DNA from: an uncultured Mycoplasmatota bacterium
GTDB lineage: Bacteria; Bacillota_I; Bacilli_A; RF39; UBA660
Assembly (NCBI GenBank): GCA_947426265.1
Contig: CANEDJ010000001.1
Span: forward strand, 17,310 to 81,309
Length of the DNA: 64,000 nt
Direction of reading: 5' to 3'
Both the position numbers and the translations under genes were made by a program. Below the pieces are notes generated by a model, which worked only from the letters and a program-made list of their open reading frames with translations, did no database searches and was not told the DNA's origin. This document shows, piece after piece, positions 61,411-64,000 of the stretch. Each line of letters begins with the position of its first letter. Within the stretch, counting starts at the first letter, position 1.

Positions 61411-62409
61411 ATTATTGATTGCTTTTTCAAATACAGGAAGCATTCCAATGCCATTTTCTCTATGAGGAGGCAATTGATAAATATCATGACCAGGGAACTC
61501 ATTTCCTTCAATTAAAAGCGGACCATGGTCAGAAATTGCAACATCCCATCCAACTAATCCCACTTGTGGAACCACTTTAGCTGCTTCTAATACTAAACTT
61601 TTTACGAGTTCCCATTCTGGAATTTGAAATCCTTGTATTGGAGTGTTAGTTTCTGGATGTATATCAAAAACTAAATTTTTTTTATTTACAGCTGGATAAA
61701 TAATTTTTCCTGTTTTTATATCAATAGGAGCAACCATACCACCAGCATTAAAATTATCCACTATTTTTCCACAGCCAATTCTAGAATAAGCAGCAATAAT
61801 TTTTGATTTATTATTTTTAAAAATGCTAATTACTCGAATTGTATTAATGGAAGAAGGATTTAAAGAACTCATTGTTTTTTCTTGAATAACAAGTTCTTCT
61901 ATTAAAAATAAATTTTGTTTCATTAAATATTGATAAAGATTTTTATCTTTCCACTCATTAATTTTGATTTTCTGCATATTATCTCCATGAGTTCCATTTA
62001 AAGGTTTTGCAAAAATTTCTTTTTTATTTTTTAAAAAATTATTGAATGCTTCCTGATTGCTTCCATTTAATAAAATCCAATCACGTTTGATATAATCCTT
62101 AAACATTTTATTAAATTCTTGTTTTTCTCTAAACAGGTAGGTATAGTTTTGATCATTATATTTTTTAATATAAGCATTATTAATTCCTCTGGTCAAGATT
62201 GTTTTTCGTTGATTTTTATTTAAATGATACATTTCAAACAGAAGATAATCTAAATATCCTGCTTGATACTTTAACCCACAATAAACAATATCAAAAAAAA
62301 TAAATAATTTGTTTTTTTTCGTTTTCTTTTTTACCTCGTTAATTGTAAGAAAAAATCGTTTATAGTCCATGCTAAAAATTCTTTTTATTAAATAACTTAG
62401 TTTTTTCAT
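61402..62409 (-). CDS. sugar-transfer-associated ATP-grasp family protein (alpha-L-glutamate ligase-like)
   Basis: 335 aa with the ATPgrasp_ST pattern (FDIHPETNTPIQGFQIPEW...WDVAISDHGPLLIEGN). Confidence 0.55.
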   Translation of the reverse strand: MKKLSYLIKRIFSMDYKRFFLTINEVKKKTKKNKLFIFFDIVYCGLKYQAGYLDYLLFEMYHLNKNQRKTILTRGINNAYIKKYNDQNYTYLFREKQEFNKMFKDYIKRDWILLNGSNQEAFNNFLKNKKEIFAKPLNGTHGDNMQKIKINEWKDKNLYQYLMKQNLFLIEELVIQEKTMSSLNPSSINTIRVISIFKNNKSKIIAAYSRIGCGKIVDNFNAGGMVAPIDIKTGKIIYPAVNKKNLVFDIHPETNTPIQGFQIPEWELVKSLVLEAAKVVPQVGLVGWDVAISDHGPLLIEGNEFPGHDIYQLPPHRENGIGMLPVFEKAINNRK

Positions 62410-62561
62410 CCTATCACCATTTTTATTTTAGCACATTTTCCTACATAATGTAATAGATAATAAAGTAGGATAATGAACAAAGAGTAAAAAATAAAGAATA
62501 GAATATCTCTTTTCAGTAATACTAATAATATGATATACTATTTTAGGATAGGAGTGTATTT

Positions 62562-63071
62562 ATGGAACTACTTATATTATGTATTAAGATTTTTTGCGCA
62601 AGAATTATGGATGTGTCACTTGGAACTGTAAGAACTGTATTAACTGTGAAAGGCAAAAAAGGATATGCAAGTTTAATCGGATTTGTCGAAGTTTTAATTT
62701 GGTTTATTATTGTACAGGAAGCAATGAATACAGAACTTACTAGCATTTTTATTGCGATCTCTTATGCAGGAGGATATGCGACAGGAACTTATATAGGAGG
62801 TTTTATTTCACAAAAATTTATTCCAGGAAATTTTGGGGTTCAAATTATTACAAGTATAAAAAAAGCTTCTATGATAGAAACTTTAAGAAAAGAAGGATAT
62901 GCAGTATCTGTAATTAATGTAAAAGGACAAGAAGAAGAAAAATTGATGCTATTTATTGAAATTGACAAAAAAAGATTTGTCCATTTACAGTCAATTGTCA
63001 AAGAACTAGACGATAAGGCATTTTTAGTAGTGAATGAAACAAAGATGGTTCAGAATGGATATTTTAAATAA
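62562..63071 (+). CDS. UPF0316 family membrane protein (DUF5698 plus DUF2179)
   Basis: Two N-terminal TM helices and a C-terminal DUF2179-like domain (SVINVKGQEEEKLMLFIEIDKKR). Confidence 0.5.
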   Translation: MELLILCIKIFCARIMDVSLGTVRTVLTVKGKKGYASLIGFVEVLIWFIIVQEAMNTELTSIFIAISYAGGYATGTYIGGFISQKFIPGNFGVQIITSIKKASMIETLRKEGYAVSVINVKGQEEEKLMLFIEIDKKRFVHLQSIVKELDDKAFLVVNETKMVQNGYFK

Positions 63072-63139
63072 AAAGTAATAAAATCATAAAATAAAAACCA
63101 AAAACCACTTTATACATACATTATAATGAGGTGTATTAT

Positions 63140-63601
63140 ATGTATAAAGTATATCAGGTATTACCAGGAGAAGAATTAAAAAGCATTGCAGAAAAATTGG
63201 ATATGGAATATCAAGTGTTATGCGAACTCAATGGATTTTTAGAAGGACACGAATTGAGAGCAGGAGAAAATCTAGTGATTCCAAATAATCAAGCAAATTT
63301 ATTTCAAAGTTATCGTGTGAAAGCTGGAGATAATTTATATGAAATCGGAAGACGTTACCAAACAAGTGCCAAAGATATTGCGCTTATTAATGGATTAGAA
63401 GAAGATGATTACATTTATCCAAATCAGGAATTGCTAATTCCAAGAGCAGGAGTACAAGTCTATATAACAGAAGAAGGAGATACATTAAAAAATGTATCTA
63501 AAAAATTTAAAACCACTGTAGAAAAATTAGTAATGGAAAATGAAAATATTTATTTGTTGCCCGAACAATTATTGGTTTTTAAAAGAGAGAATTTTTTATA
63601 A
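63140..63601 (+). CDS. LysM-repeat protein (3 LysM domains, no signal peptide)
   Basis: Three repeats of about 45 aa each, each ending in LVIP, LLIP or LLVF. ATG after AATGAGGTG. Confidence 0.7.
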   Translation: MYKVYQVLPGEELKSIAEKLDMEYQVLCELNGFLEGHELRAGENLVIPNNQANLFQSYRVKAGDNLYEIGRRYQTSAKDIALINGLEEDDYIYPNQELLIPRAGVQVYITEEGDTLKNVSKKFKTTVEKLVMENENIYLLPEQLLVFKRENFL

Positions 63602-63659
63602 AAACTCTTTTTTTTTGGATTCTTTTAGGTTATAATGAACTATAAGGGAAGTGAAATAA

Positions 63660-64000
63660 ATGAAAAAATTATTTGTATTCGTTATAATTGGTCTTTCTTT
63701 GCTTTTAACTGGATGCGGAAATAAGTTAAAAACTTATAAAGAAGTAGATTATAAAACTTTGATGAATATGTTTGAAGAAAAACAAAGTTTTATCCTATTC
63801 ATTGGTTCAACAGAATGTCAGCATTGCGATTTATATAAGGAAACATTAAATGAAGTTATTTCAAAATATCAAGTTAAAATTAGTTATATTGATATTTCAA
63901 AACTATCAATGGAAGAAAACGCAAAATTAAAAATATATGTAAATTATAATGGCACTCCAACTACTGCTTTTATTGAACAAGGAGAAGAAACTTCTATGTA
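63660..64000 (+). CDS. thioredoxin-fold lipoprotein (CxxC), 3'-truncated by window end
   Basis: Lipobox LLTGCG. CQHC redox motif in a thioredoxin-like context. AAGGGAAGTGA RBS. Confidence 0.5.
   Translation, partial: MKKLFVFVIIGLSLLLTGCGNKLKTYKEVDYKTLMNMFEEKQSFILFIGSTECQHCDLYKETLNEVISKYQVKISYIDISKLSMEENAKLKIYVNYNGTPTTAFIEQGEETSM

Overview
The window is AT-rich (about 30% GC) low-GC Firmicutes chromosome with Bacillus-like gene order and many overlapping or tightly coupled genes. Roughly 1-26.9 kb is a conserved origin-proximal housekeeping block: holB (5'-truncated by the window edge), ricT, yabB-like methyltransferase, rsmI, pth, mfd, a lipoprotein, a CBS-domain family II pyrophosphatase (minus strand), a SpoVT/AbrB-family regulator, a T-box leader with dut and metG, tatD, a 3D-domain protein, rsmA, ung, tilS, ftsH, soj/parA, spo0J/parB, MscS, DUF951, an AbgT-like transporter, ychF, rpsF-ssb-rpsR and gpsA (minus strand). 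Then comes a 759-aa multi-domain membrane protein (27.05-29.3 kb). The complete S10-spc-alpha ribosomal cluster follows (29.56-43.58 kb): 23 ribosomal protein genes plus secY, adk, map, infA, rpmJ, rpsM, rpsK, rpoA and rplQ. There is no rpmD (L30). The last 20 kb is accessory-like. It holds three hypothetical proteins, a methyltransferase, an RluA-type pseudouridine synthase, a CwlD-like amidase, an Abi_2 abortive-infection protein tightly followed by an HtrA-like protease, a 590-aa coiled-coil protein with a DUF1292 partner, and a CwlJ/SleB-like hydrolase on the minus strand. tRNA-Trp sits at 53368-53441. Downstream of it is an island-like region with a decayed serine-recombinase pseudogene, ASCH-GNAT-nucleotidase genes, an aminotransferase-GNAT fusion, a candidate PD-(D/E)xK nuclease, an XRE regulator with a palindromic operator, an ATP-grasp protein, UPF0316, and a LysM protein. 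No CRISPR array, rRNA or intact mobile element was seen. Several sporulation and germination markers are present (ricT, spoVT-like, cwlD-like, cwlJ-like). All domain assignments come from reading the translated ORFs by eye. No database search was run.
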